Notes under the pieces: generated by a model | The model's database searches: none | Told to the model about the DNA's origin: nothing | What the model saw: the letters and a program-made list of their open reading frames with translations, nothing else | Origin: Bacillota bacterium | GTDB taxonomy: Bacteria; Bacillota; Sulfobacillia; Fermentithermobacillales; Fermentithermobacillaceae | NCBI GenBank assembly: GCA_040766745.1 | Contig: JAXGPX010000001.1 | Location: forward strand, 432,065-496,064 | Length of the DNA: 64,000 bases | Direction: 5' to 3' | Shown: positions 9,423-18,659 of the stretch, one piece after another | Layout of the letters: the number at the start of each line of letters is the position of its first letter | Numbering within the stretch: position 1 is the stretch's first letter | Translations under genes and position numbers: made by a program

Positions 9423-9590
9423 AAACAAAGCCCGCCTCCCCTCCTCTAGTGTAAAATACAAAATATACTGGCAGTTGACATAAGTATACCAACGATAGTC
9501 ACGTTGTTCGAAGGTATTACATGGGTCGGTGAGAATGGTATAGCAGGACAACCTGCATTTTCCTTCCAGAGTTCAAGCGTGTTGAGAAGA

Positions 9591-9625
9591 GGCAGCGCCC
9601 GGCGCGGATATTGCCGGGCGCTGGC
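9591..9625 (-). terminator. Strong GC hairpin downstream of the amidase gene (terminator-like, weak U-tract)
   Basis: An 11-bp perfect stem, CAGCGCCCGGC (9593-9603) / GCCGGGCGCTG (9613-9623), lies about 40 nt after the stop of the 9662-10564 gene. Confidence 0.4.
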
Positions 9626-9661
9626 ATTTGTGAATTGCGTCATCAGGGCTCATACCGGTTA

Positions 9662-10564
9662 CTAGCGGACGAGAAACTCTCCTATTCCCCTGGCAAGCCC
9701 TTTTGCAACCGAATCCTGAAACCAATTTTGCTTCAAGAGATTTACATCATTCCAGTTTGTCATGAACCCTACTTCAATTAGCGCAGCTGGCATGTAAGTG
9801 TGGTTGAGGACATAGTATGGGCCCATTTGAACATCGATGAACCTAAGGCCTGCAGCTGATGATACTCCGTTTGCCAGGGACTGTGCTAGCTTTTGGGATT
9901 CCCATGACCCATTCCTGTAAAAGCCCATGACACCTGATACTCCAGGGTCCCTGGGGTACGCATTGATATGTATGCTCACGAAAAGATCGGCGTCACGTGA
10001 GTTGGCTATGGAGACTCTTGCGAGCAGGTCGTCTGCAGGCGGAGACCAGTCACTGCCAGGTGAGTAGTCTCCGTACCTTGTCATTATCACAGCTGCGCCT
10101 TGCGACTCAAGGTAGTATCGTACTTTGGCCGCTATTGCCAGTGTGAAGGCCTTTTCTTTGTCCCCCCAATAGGATATGGCACCTGGCTCAGCTCCTCCGT
10201 GGCCTGGATCTATGACGATTACTCTCCCTTTCAGGGGGCCTGTCCCTCGAGACACATTGTTTGCCCTTTCAAGGGCAGTCCAGGTCAGCGGGCCAACTAT
10301 TCCGTCAGGAACCAGGCCTGAACTTCTTTGAAACGCAATTACTGCAGACTGGGTCTTTGGGCCGAAATCACCATCGACATAACCTGGGCTGAATCCTGCG
10401 TTTTGAAGATACTTCTGTAAAGTGGTTACGTTGTCTCCGTAGCTTCCCTTACGAAGGAGAGGAGCCGCGTAACCTCGAATAGGAACAATGAGACTTGCCA
10501 GCAGAAGTATGGCGGCAGCCGCAAGTATTGAGGTGGCAACCTTGTTGTGTGTAGATTTTGGCAT
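9662..10564 (-). CDS. N-acetylmuramoyl-L-alanine amidase with N-terminal peptidoglycan-binding domain
   Basis: Signal/TM segment, a PG_binding_1-like repeat (DGDFGPKTQSAVIAFQRSSGLVPDGIVGPLTW), then an Amidase_3 core (VIDPGHGG...SIHINA...EVGFMTN). Confidence 0.85.
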   Translation of the reverse strand: MPKSTHNKVATSILAAAAILLLASLIVPIRGYAAPLLRKGSYGDNVTTLQKYLQNAGFSPGYVDGDFGPKTQSAVIAFQRSSGLVPDGIVGPLTWTALERANNVSRGTGPLKGRVIVIDPGHGGAEPGAISYWGDKEKAFTLAIAAKVRYYLESQGAAVIMTRYGDYSPGSDWSPPADDLLARVSIANSRDADLFVSIHINAYPRDPGVSGVMGFYRNGSWESQKLAQSLANGVSSAAGLRFIDVQMGPYYVLNHTYMPAALIEVGFMTNWNDVNLLKQNWFQDSVAKGLARGIGEFLVR

Positions 10565-10681
10565 TAATGGTGACCTCCTGCTTCCTTGACATAACGTGGT
10601 TGTGTTTAGATACTACCTGATAAGGGACGGTTTATCACCAGGAAAAATATGGGGTGAGTTGGCCGAAGGGAGACTTGGCAG

Positions 10682-12973
10682 ATGGTGACAAGGAACGTAG
10701 AAGACGTACTGACTGATTTGCGACAGGATCCCAGGTTTTTGAGCTGCATTACTGCCTGGCATCATTTCCCTGCTACGGTTGGGGAATATCTTAATATTCC
10801 AGAGCAACTGCATCCTTCTTTGAAACAGGCATTGGAGAAGAAATCAGTACAGGCTCTATACTCTCACCAAAGAGAAGCCTACGACCGTGTCTGCAACGGC
10901 GAAGACATATGTGTTGTAACCCCGACAGCGTCAGGAAAAACCATGTGCTACAATTTGCCTGTGCTTGATGCTATCTTGAAGGATGACTCAGTAAGGGCAC
11001 TGTACATATTCCCCACAAAAGCCCTTGCCCAAGATCAATTGGCCGAAGTTGACGAGATGTGCAAACTTGGCAAGTTTGCAGTGAAGAGTTTTACTTTTGA
11101 CGGCGACACGCCAACCCAGAAAAGGCGGCTTGCGAAAGAAGTAGGGCAAATTATCATCACTAACCCGGACATGCTTCACCAGGCTATACTTCCCCACCAC
11201 CCTACCTGGGTAAGGCTTTTTGCGTCACTGAAATACATAGTCATTGATGAAATGCATAACTACAGGGGCGTATTTGGCAGCCACGTAGCTAATGTCCTGC
11301 GGCGCCTCAAACGGATTTGTAGGTTCTACGGTACATCGCCTCAGTTCATTCTGGCTTCTGCCACAATTGCAAATCCGGGTGAACTGGCCTCAGAACTTAC
11401 AGGGAGATCTGTTGCTGTGATCAGCAAGAACGGTGCACCGGCTACTGAAAAGGACTTCGTTTTCTATAACCCCCCTATCCTGAGTTCAGACGGCTCAATC
11501 AGGCAATCATCTGTAGACGCAGCAGCAAGGATTTCTTCCAGGTTTGTGAAAAACCAGATTCAGACGCTGGTTTTCGCAAGATCTAGAAAGTCTTGCGAAT
11601 TACTGGTTCAGTATCTTAGAGACTCATACAACAAGGAGTTTGAAAAGGACAAGATTCAGGGCTACCGTGGAGGCTACTTGCCCAATGAACGCAGAGCCAT
11701 TGAGAAGGGCCTTCGTAACGGGGACATATTAGGTGTAGCAGCTACTAATGCTCTGGAACTTGGAATCGATATAGGCAGGCTTGACGTAGTCGTAATGGCC
11801 GGTTATCCCGGAAACATAGCCAGTACCTGGCAGCAGGCAGGCAGAGCCGGCAGAAGGCAAGGAAAGTCGGCAGCGGTCCTGGTTGCAGGAGGGTCGCCTT
11901 TGGACCAGTTCATTATAAACAATCCTGATTACTTCTTTGAACAGAGCCCAGAGTATGCCCTGATAAACCCGAACAACCCGTATATCATTGGCCAGCACGT
12001 AAAATGTGCCGCTTACGAGCTTCCGTTCAGTGACAACCAAGATTCGCCTCCTGAGCTTGGAGGCGTCCAAATTGAGCATATCCTTGAACACCTGGCCGAT
12101 CAGAAGATCCTTCACAAAGGGCTGTCCAGATGGAACTGGTCATCAGACTCTTTTCCTGCAGCAGGAATAAGCTTGCGCTCGGCAACAAATGAAAACTTCG
12201 TCATAATAGATACTACCCATGGTACCCAGGTTATCGGTGAAGTTGATTGGGCTTCGGCTCCTATGCTAGTACACGACCAGGCTATATATATGCATAAAGG
12301 CCAGCAATACCACGTGATTAAGCTGGATTACCCGGCCAGAAAGGCTTACGTCAAAAAGGTTGATGTGGACTATTACACTGATGCCAATCTGGCTGTCGGA
12401 GTTAAGGTCATATCTATTGACAAGAGTCTTTCTAACATGTCTATAATGCCCAAGTTTGGCGAACTCTCAGTAACAGCCCTTGCCACAATCTATAAGAAGA
12501 TTAAGTTATATACCAATGAGAATGTCGGTTCCGGCGAGATTAGCCTTCCTGAGATGAATTTACATACTCAGGGGATGTGGTTCAGTATCCCTGACAGCCT
12601 TGCCGGCGGGATCGATCCCCATTCTGTTGGAGGTATACTATCCGGGATCGCAAATGTGCTCTTGAACATAGCCCCCCTCTTTCTGATGAGTGACAAGAGA
12701 GACCTGGGAGTGGCAGTAGAAGTTCGTTCGGCATACGACGGAAAACCTACTGTATACCTGTATGATTCCTATCCGGGAGGCATCGGCCTGGCCGAGAAGG
12801 CATTTCAGGTTATCTCCCATATACTGAAAGCGTCACTTGAGCTAATTTCATCTTGCCCATGCCTGGCAGGATGCCCTGGATGTGTTGGCCCTGAAGAGGA
12901 AGTAGGTACAGGTATTAAGGATTTGTGTATTCGGGTTCTTAAGGCTCTATGTGAAGAGGTGCAAGTTGACTAA
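10682..12973 (+). CDS. mrfA: DEAD/DEAH-box helicase with C-terminal DUF1998 zinc module (YprA/MrfA-like)
   Basis: Walker A TPTASGKT, DExH-like VIDEMHNYRG, motif VI QQAGRAGRR, and a C-terminal 4-Cys cluster CPCLAGCPGC. It is followed by a YprB-like exonuclease gene, as in B. subtilis yprA-yprB. Confidence 0.85.
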   Translation: MVTRNVEDVLTDLRQDPRFLSCITAWHHFPATVGEYLNIPEQLHPSLKQALEKKSVQALYSHQREAYDRVCNGEDICVVTPTASGKTMCYNLPVLDAILKDDSVRALYIFPTKALAQDQLAEVDEMCKLGKFAVKSFTFDGDTPTQKRRLAKEVGQIIITNPDMLHQAILPHHPTWVRLFASLKYIVIDEMHNYRGVFGSHVANVLRRLKRICRFYGTSPQFILASATIANPGELASELTGRSVAVISKNGAPATEKDFVFYNPPILSSDGSIRQSSVDAAARISSRFVKNQIQTLVFARSRKSCELLVQYLRDSYNKEFEKDKIQGYRGGYLPNERRAIEKGLRNGDILGVAATNALELGIDIGRLDVVVMAGYPGNIASTWQQAGRAGRRQGKSAAVLVAGGSPLDQFIINNPDYFFEQSPEYALINPNNPYIIGQHVKCAAYELPFSDNQDSPPELGGVQIEHILEHLADQKILHKGLSRWNWSSDSFPAAGISLRSATNENFVIIDTTHGTQVIGEVDWASAPMLVHDQAIYMHKGQQYHVIKLDYPARKAYVKKVDVDYYTDANLAVGVKVISIDKSLSNMSIMPKFGELSVTALATIYKKIKLYTNENVGSGEISLPEMNLHTQGMWFSIPDSLAGGIDPHSVGGILSGIANVLLNIAPLFLMSDKRDLGVAVEVRSAYDGKPTVYLYDSYPGGIGLAEKAFQVISHILKASLELISSCPCLAGCPGCVGPEEEVGTGIKDLCIRVLKALCEEVQVD

Positions 12974-14288
12974 CAGGGATATTGTAGAGAAACTCAGAAG
13001 CCTCATTAAGGAGATTCAAACAAGGGATCAGGCTCTAACCCAGGATGGCCCCCTTCTGTCTGCCCGAGATAGTTTGTCACCAGGCGGTAATTTTGCTGAA
13101 CCTTCTTCTGTTCAGTCAGAGTTCAGTAACCGGCAGTCAGCTGCCAGGGATATGTACCCTGCAAAGAAGGCGGAAGTAATCCGGAAGGACGGGTTCTCGA
13201 TATTGAGCACGTCTTATGGAGCAGGCTCTCTTCCCTGGTTCTATGAGCCGCCTTTAGATTCAGTATTACTTTTGGCAGGGGAAGAACGCCTGGCGAACAG
13301 CTCTGGCCTTACTAATCCCGGCCAGATGCTTTTCCTTGACCTTGAGACTACCGGCCTTTCAGGTGCCGGTACTGTTGCATTTCTAGCCGGTTTGGGCAGG
13401 TGGGAAAAAGGCGAGTTTGAGGTACGCCAGTTCTTCTTGAACGAGCGAGATTGTGAAGCAGTGATGCTTGAGGCAATCGCTGAGGAGATCAAAGACTCTC
13501 TGGTTCTTGTTACGTTCAATGGAAAAGCCTTCGATGTACCGGTAATCAGAAGCAGATTCATTATTAGTGGGCTCATTAAGGACTTCAATGAGTTTTCCTG
13601 CCACATCGACCTCTTCTCCTTAATCCGCAAGCTCGGAAGGCATCCTGTCTACGGCTTAAGCCTAAAAGAGTCTGTAAAGCGCTTTATCGGTGTGAGTCGC
13701 ATGAATGACATTCCGGGGCACATGATTCCTGCCCTATACTTCATATATGAGCAAGATAAGGATGTATCGGTCCTTGACCAGGTTTTTGAACACAATCGAA
13801 TGGATATCTTGGACATGGTTGGCCTTTTAAGAGTACTGGGCCAGGTGTTTTCAGGGCAGTATAGGCCGTACGGAGACCCGTCTGCTTTGTCCGGAGTCGG
13901 GAGATTTCACCTTAACCGCGGAGATCTGGATCTTGCCAGGCAATGCCTTGGTACGTCACTGGGCTGGCTTGGAGAAGCATCAGGTTCCAATGAGAAGAGG
14001 TCTCGGGATATGCGCCTTTTAGCAACGGTAATGAGAAAGCAAGGCGATTGGGATGCTGCTGCCGGCATTTGGAACGACTTGATAGGCGAGGGCGGCGTTG
14101 TACCCTATGATTACTTGTGGCTTGCAAGATACTACGAAATCTGTCACAAAGATGTGGCCAAGGCACTTGGCCTTGTCAAGGAATGTATTGCGCTGCTCCA
14201 GGAAAGACAATACCCTATTCCTGACGCCTTACTGTCAAGAAGCCGGCGTCTTGAGAAAATCGTTTCCAAGAAATCTGCTTCTGGTTGA
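12951..14288 (+). CDS. mrfB: RNase H-fold DEDD exonuclease with C-terminal TPR-like region (YprB/MrfB-like)
   Basis: Exo motifs LFLDLETTGLS, FNGKAFDVP and HNRMDILD. It overlaps the 3' end of the helicase gene. The start is either GTG 12951 or TTG 12966. Confidence 0.72.
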   Translation: MKRCKLTNRDIVEKLRSLIKEIQTRDQALTQDGPLLSARDSLSPGGNFAEPSSVQSEFSNRQSAARDMYPAKKAEVIRKDGFSILSTSYGAGSLPWFYEPPLDSVLLLAGEERLANSSGLTNPGQMLFLDLETTGLSGAGTVAFLAGLGRWEKGEFEVRQFFLNERDCEAVMLEAIAEEIKDSLVLVTFNGKAFDVPVIRSRFIISGLIKDFNEFSCHIDLFSLIRKLGRHPVYGLSLKESVKRFIGVSRMNDIPGHMIPALYFIYEQDKDVSVLDQVFEHNRMDILDMVGLLRVLGQVFSGQYRPYGDPSALSGVGRFHLNRGDLDLARQCLGTSLGWLGEASGSNEKRSRDMRLLATVMRKQGDWDAAAGIWNDLIGEGGVVPYDYLWLARYYEICHKDVAKALGLVKECIALLQERQYPIPDALLSRSRRLEKIVSKKSASG

Positions 14289-14386
14289 TAGTTGATAGCT
14301 GTTATACCTGGTTTCTTCCACTCATAAATATAAGCGACTGAGACTATTGCTTCTATTCCCCAAGTTGATTGAAAGGAGGGCCTGTC

Positions 14387-15115
14387 TTGCTTATCTATTT
14401 CAAGCCACTGGTTCGCCGAAGAGTCTTGCTGTTTCTTTCATTTGCTTTGATTGTGCTAGGCGCAAGGGCCGGGGTTTCTGTTCAGGACAAGGGCGCAGCC
14501 GCAAAAATCACGCCCCTGACGCGGGTAAACACAGCAGAACAGCATATCGGGGTTATGGTTGAAGTGTTCAAGGCCAATCCTGAGGCTGTAGAAGAATGTA
14601 TCTCGGTTTTTGAATCAGCCGGGATTAAGGCTACGTGGTTTTTCTCTGCCACCTTTGCAGAGAGCCACAGCGGCCTGGTTGGCCAGCTCGTGGATAAGGG
14701 CCACGAATTGGGCCTCTCAGGTACTGATGATAAGGCTATGGACCGGTTGAGCCCTGCAGAAATTAGGGATCGCCTGATTCGTTCCAGGGAAGCGCTTTTG
14801 AAATTGGGTACAGAACCAATGCCGTTTTTCCATGCCCCGTTGGGCCGTTTTAGCGATGAACTGGTGAACGAATCCTTTGAGCAAGGTTTTTACTTGGTCA
14901 AAGGTTCAATCGACGGCAAGTTGCTCAAAGGTAAGATCGATAACGCAGTTCAAAAGGTTGCAGCGTCTATTCGGGCCGGCGACATATTGATAGTCCGTAT
15001 AGGCAGCAAAGGGTTGATTCCTAAGGCTGAGTACATTGAGTCCCTTGCAGCACACCTGAAAGCCCAGGGTACTTCTATGGTAAGCCTGTCGAATCTGGTA
15101 AGGGGAATTCGTTGA
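14387..15115 (+). CDS. Polysaccharide deacetylase (NodB-homology) family protein with signal anchor
   Basis: N-terminal hydrophobic segment and a NodB-like core (ATWFFSATFAESH...ELGLSG...FHAPLGRF). TTG at 14387 is preferred because AAAGGAGGG lies 6 nt upstream. Confidence 0.7.
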   Translation: MLIYFKPLVRRRVLLFLSFALIVLGARAGVSVQDKGAAAKITPLTRVNTAEQHIGVMVEVFKANPEAVEECISVFESAGIKATWFFSATFAESHSGLVGQLVDKGHELGLSGTDDKAMDRLSPAEIRDRLIRSREALLKLGTEPMPFFHAPLGRFSDELVNESFEQGFYLVKGSIDGKLLKGKIDNAVQKVAASIRAGDILIVRIGSKGLIPKAEYIESLAAHLKAQGTSMVSLSNLVRGIR

Positions 15116-15137
15116 CTGCAACCTAATTGCCTGTTTC

Positions 15138-16313
15138 TTAGATGAGTCCCATGTGGCGAAAACGTATTGCTATGCTCAAGGCCAGGCGTGCCATGAGGCG
15201 CCAGGGAGTTCTGGGAAGAACCCAAACACCTGTGATTAGGTCAGAATAGCCAACGGCCTGGTCACTTAAGCAGAGGGTAGCCTGGCCCACTATTGTTCCC
15301 AAAGGGCAAGGAGCCTTAATTGAGCGAGGTAAGTTAATCTTAACGTCTACTTCTGGAGACTTCCTTGGCACGCAGGCATGCAAGTCCCTTGCGCATATGA
15401 TTGGCACGTATTTTTCAGTTGAATTTAATGCGGGCAAAGTAACAATTGTTGTACCTGCCCGTGCTATCTTGTCGAGTCTGTAGTTTTCAAATCCGAAGTT
15501 TAAGAGTTGAGAAGCGTCATACCATCTGTCATCGCTGTCAAGAACAACTGCGAGAAGACGCATTCCGTCCTTGGTCGCAGATGCCACAAGGCACTGCCCT
15601 GCCGCCTGGGTAGTCCCGGTTTTTACTCCATCTACACCTGGGTCTAGCCAAAGCAACCGATTCGTGTTGTAAAGGGACAGGACAACGTTTCTCTCAGCTT
15701 CGATGACATCTTTCTCTTTTGTGGCAACAAGGCTCTTGAAATATGGGTGCCTGAGGCAAGTTCTTGCTATAAGTGCCAGATCAAAGGCAGTAGTGTAGTG
15801 ATTTACGTCGCTAAGGCCGTGGGGATTCTGAAATCTTGTATTTATTGCCCCAATCTCTTTGGCCCTTTGGTTCATTAACACGAAAAACTCATCAGCACTA
15901 CCGTTTCCGATGTGCTCTGCTATTGCCCAAGCAGCATCATTGCCCGAGTTCAACATCAGCCCATAGAGTAAATCCTGAAGAGTGAATTTGTCGCCGGCCC
16001 TGAGTTCCATAGATGAGCCTGGCTGGGAAGCTGCTTCGCCTGAGACTTGAATCATATGCTCGAGCCGGCCGCGTTCCAGGGCTAGGAGAGCAGTCATCAT
16101 CTTGGTCAAGCTGGCAGGATACATCCTTGTAAACGCCTTTTGCTCAAACAGGATCGTACCTGTTTGCCATTCCATTAGGACTGCTGCCCTTGCAGATACG
16201 CTAGGAGGCGGTAATTCGCCTGGCTGAGCATAAGCATGGCACGCATAGGCGGAGAAAACCAGCACCGTCACGAAGCACATGACAACCAGTCTTGCCTTAT
16301 GGCCGTTCACCAT
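15138..16313 (-). CDS. D-alanyl-D-alanine carboxypeptidase (peptidase S11, low-MW PBP)
   Basis: Signal peptide plus the SxxK (PASLTKMMT), SxN (LNSGND) and KTG (VKTGTT) motifs. Confidence 0.88.
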   Translation of the reverse strand: MVNGHKARLVVMCFVTVLVFSAYACHAYAQPGELPPPSVSARAAVLMEWQTGTILFEQKAFTRMYPASLTKMMTALLALERGRLEHMIQVSGEAASQPGSSMELRAGDKFTLQDLLYGLMLNSGNDAAWAIAEHIGNGSADEFFVLMNQRAKEIGAINTRFQNPHGLSDVNHYTTAFDLALIARTCLRHPYFKSLVATKEKDVIEAERNVVLSLYNTNRLLWLDPGVDGVKTGTTQAAGQCLVASATKDGMRLLAVVLDSDDRWYDASQLLNFGFENYRLDKIARAGTTIVTLPALNSTEKYVPIICARDLHACVPRKSPEVDVKINLPRSIKAPCPLGTIVGQATLCLSDQAVGYSDLITGVWVLPRTPWRLMARLALSIAIRFRHMGLI

Positions 16314-16387
16314 AACATACCACCACTCCAGGTCTTGAGGATCAAGAACATCATATGGAAAGAGACGTGGTGGTATGATGATTGAAC

Positions 16388-17275
16388 CTACATTTCCTCG
16401 CTGTAACGGAAAATCAGATCCTTAACAGGGCCAAAAGGTCCTCCTTCTCCAAGTTCCTGGCCGTTTAGGCTAATTGTAAGGACCCAGGGTTTACCGGCTC
16501 TAACAGTGACTTCGTCTTGGCCTGACAATTCCAGGGTTTCTCCCGGCCCCATGGTTTTCTCGACTACAAGTTCTCCATCAGCCTGTACACTAATCCAGCA
16601 TTTTGCGTCTTCGCCTTGCATAGTCGTAAGGGTGATTTCCATAGGCGTCTTGTTGGTTTCAAACACAGTAAGTCCCTGGCTGGGATCAGACCTGGCAACT
16701 TTAATGTCCTCTTCGGGTTCGGGCAGAGGTTCATGTGGGCCAGGCTCAGTCTCCGGTTCCGACGCATTTCCGTTGCCCACATTTACTTTGGGAGGCGCCG
16801 GGCGCAGGTATCCCTGCCAGGCTTTTGAAACTCCCCAGATCGCCGCTACTATGAGAGCCAGTACAATGATGGCCTTAGCCGCCCCGCCATTGCTCCTGCT
16901 CCTTCGTCGCCTTGCCCGCCGTGCTTCTGATGGGCTTGCCTGCTGTTGAGGTGGCCTGGGACTTTCGGTAACTGCCCTCACCTGGCGGTGTACAGTATGC
17001 CTTTCGTTCGGGCTCTCACTGATTTCTAGGTACATTCTGGAAAATTCAAGTCCGTCCAGGCCTAGGAAATCTGCATAAGACTTGAGAAAGACCCGAAAAT
17101 ATGCTTTTCCTGGAGCAATCTTGTCGTTTCCTGCTTCTATAGCTGTTAAGTACTTAGAACGGATCTTGGTCTGTTCTTGTACTTCTTGGATAGATAACCC
17201 CAGGTGCTCTCTTTGGGCTTTGATTCTATTGCCCAATTCGGCTAACTTTCCCTGGCCGTTAGCATCTTCGGCCAT
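16388..17275 (-). CDS. rodZ: RodZ-like cytoskeleton/shape protein (XRE HTH, TM, Pro-rich linker, DUF4115-like C-terminus)
   Basis: N-terminal HTH (LGNRIKAQREHLGLSIQEVQEQTKIRSKYLTAIEAGN), a basic stretch followed by a TM helix, a P/E-rich linker and a beta-rich C-terminal domain. Confidence 0.7.
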   Translation of the reverse strand: MAEDANGQGKLAELGNRIKAQREHLGLSIQEVQEQTKIRSKYLTAIEAGNDKIAPGKAYFRVFLKSYADFLGLDGLEFSRMYLEISESPNERHTVHRQVRAVTESPRPPQQQASPSEARRARRRRSRSNGGAAKAIIVLALIVAAIWGVSKAWQGYLRPAPPKVNVGNGNASEPETEPGPHEPLPEPEEDIKVARSDPSQGLTVFETNKTPMEITLTTMQGEDAKCWISVQADGELVVEKTMGPGETLELSGQDEVTVRAGKPWVLTISLNGQELGEGGPFGPVKDLIFRYSEEM

Positions 17276-17294
17276 GACATTACCCCCTCCCTGC

Positions 17295-18611
17295 TCATGG
17301 CCTCAATCTGGTGATCATCCTTGGAAACGGGCTGGTCTCCCTCACATGTTCAAGTTTGCACAGCCACGCAACAACACGTTCAATTCCCATTCCAAAACCA
17401 CTGTGAGGTGTAGAGCCATATTTCCTTAGATCCAGATACCACTGGTAATCCTCTGGTGGAAGCTTATGTTCTTTGATTCTCTCCAAAAGGAGACTATAAT
17501 CATATATTCGTTCGCCGCCGCCTATTATCTCTCCGTAGCCTTCTGGCGCCAATAGGTCAGCGCCCAGGACAACCTCTGGGTTATTAGGATCAGGCTGCAT
17601 ATAGAAGGCCTTTATCTTGGTTGGGTAGTGTGTGACAAATACCGGCTTACCGTATTCAGATGCAATCTCGGTTTCATGGGGGGCTCCAAAATCCTCACCC
17701 CATGAAATGTCTATCCCTTTGGCCTGCAAAATTCCTACTGCTTCGGTATAAGTAATTCTGGGAAACGGAGGTTCAATGCAGGCAAGAGTTTCAGGGTCTC
17801 TGCCTACATCCCGCAACTCAGGCTCGTAGTTTTCCAACAGTTTCTTTACTACATAGGAAACCATTCTTTCCTCGAGGGCCAGCAGCTCATCGAACTGCAT
17901 GAAAGCAGCTTCTGGCTCAACCATCCAAAATTCAGTAAGGTGGCGGCGGGTCTTGGATTTCTCTGCCCTAAACGCAGGCCCAAAGCAGTAGACCTTCCCG
18001 AGGGACATAATTGCGGCTTCATTGTATAATTGGCCGCTTTGGCTCAGGTATGCTTTTTCTCCAAAGTATTCAGTGGAAAACAATGTAGTTGTGCCCTCAC
18101 ACGCTGAAGGTGTAAGGATTGGGGCATCTATGTTGATGTAACCTTCTTCATCCAGAAAATCGCGGCAATATTTCATTATCGCTGCTCTTATTGTAAGGAT
18201 AGCCCTTTGGCGTGGGGTTCGTATCCACAAATGCCTGTTATCAAGCAAGAACTCTACCCCATGCTCCTTAAGGCTGATGGGGTAATCCTCAAATGCTTCG
18301 GATATGACCTCGCAATTGGTAATACCAAGTTCGAAGCCACCAGGTGCCCTTGAGTCTTTCCTAATGGTACCTTCAATAATCAAAGAAGATTCTTGATTAA
18401 GCCTGTCCAGATGATCAAAAGCCTCATCCCCTATGTCTTTCCGTGACGCCACACATTGTATAATGCCTGTGCCATCTCTAAGTATGAGAAAGATGATTCT
18501 TCCAGAAGAACGTTTGTTATACAGCCATCCTTTCAGGCGTACTATGCTGTTTTCGTATGAGCCTACTTTGTTTATTGTGGTACCATGTATTGCTTCGTTC
18601 ATATCTGACAC
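17295..18611 (-). CDS. asnS: Asparagine--tRNA ligase
   Basis: 438-aa class IIb aaRS. The OB-fold N-terminus LKGWLYNKRSSGRIIFLILRDGTGIIQCV resembles Thermus/Firmicute AsnRS. Class II motifs 2 and 3 (FRAEKS...TRRHLTEFWMVEPE; GFGMGIERV) are present. Confidence 0.88.
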   Translation of the reverse strand: MSDMNEAIHGTTINKVGSYENSIVRLKGWLYNKRSSGRIIFLILRDGTGIIQCVASRKDIGDEAFDHLDRLNQESSLIIEGTIRKDSRAPGGFELGITNCEVISEAFEDYPISLKEHGVEFLLDNRHLWIRTPRQRAILTIRAAIMKYCRDFLDEEGYINIDAPILTPSACEGTTTLFSTEYFGEKAYLSQSGQLYNEAAIMSLGKVYCFGPAFRAEKSKTRRHLTEFWMVEPEAAFMQFDELLALEERMVSYVVKKLLENYEPELRDVGRDPETLACIEPPFPRITYTEAVGILQAKGIDISWGEDFGAPHETEIASEYGKPVFVTHYPTKIKAFYMQPDPNNPEVVLGADLLAPEGYGEIIGGGERIYDYSLLLERIKEHKLPPEDYQWYLDLRKYGSTPHSGFGMGIERVVAWLCKLEHVRETSPFPRMITRLRP

Positions 18612-18659
18612 TTCCTTCCTACATCTAGTGTAGCACTGAGAATGGCACCAGGTAAGGAT

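Noticed and set aside
15366-15417. Two TGGCACG strings (TGGCACGCAGGCATGCA and TGGCACGTATTTTTCA) resembling sigma-54 promoters.
   Set aside because: Both are on the plus strand inside the minus-strand carboxypeptidase CDS, and no plus-strand gene lies downstream for about 10 kb. The first has a spacing one nt too long and the second has TTTC instead of TTGC.
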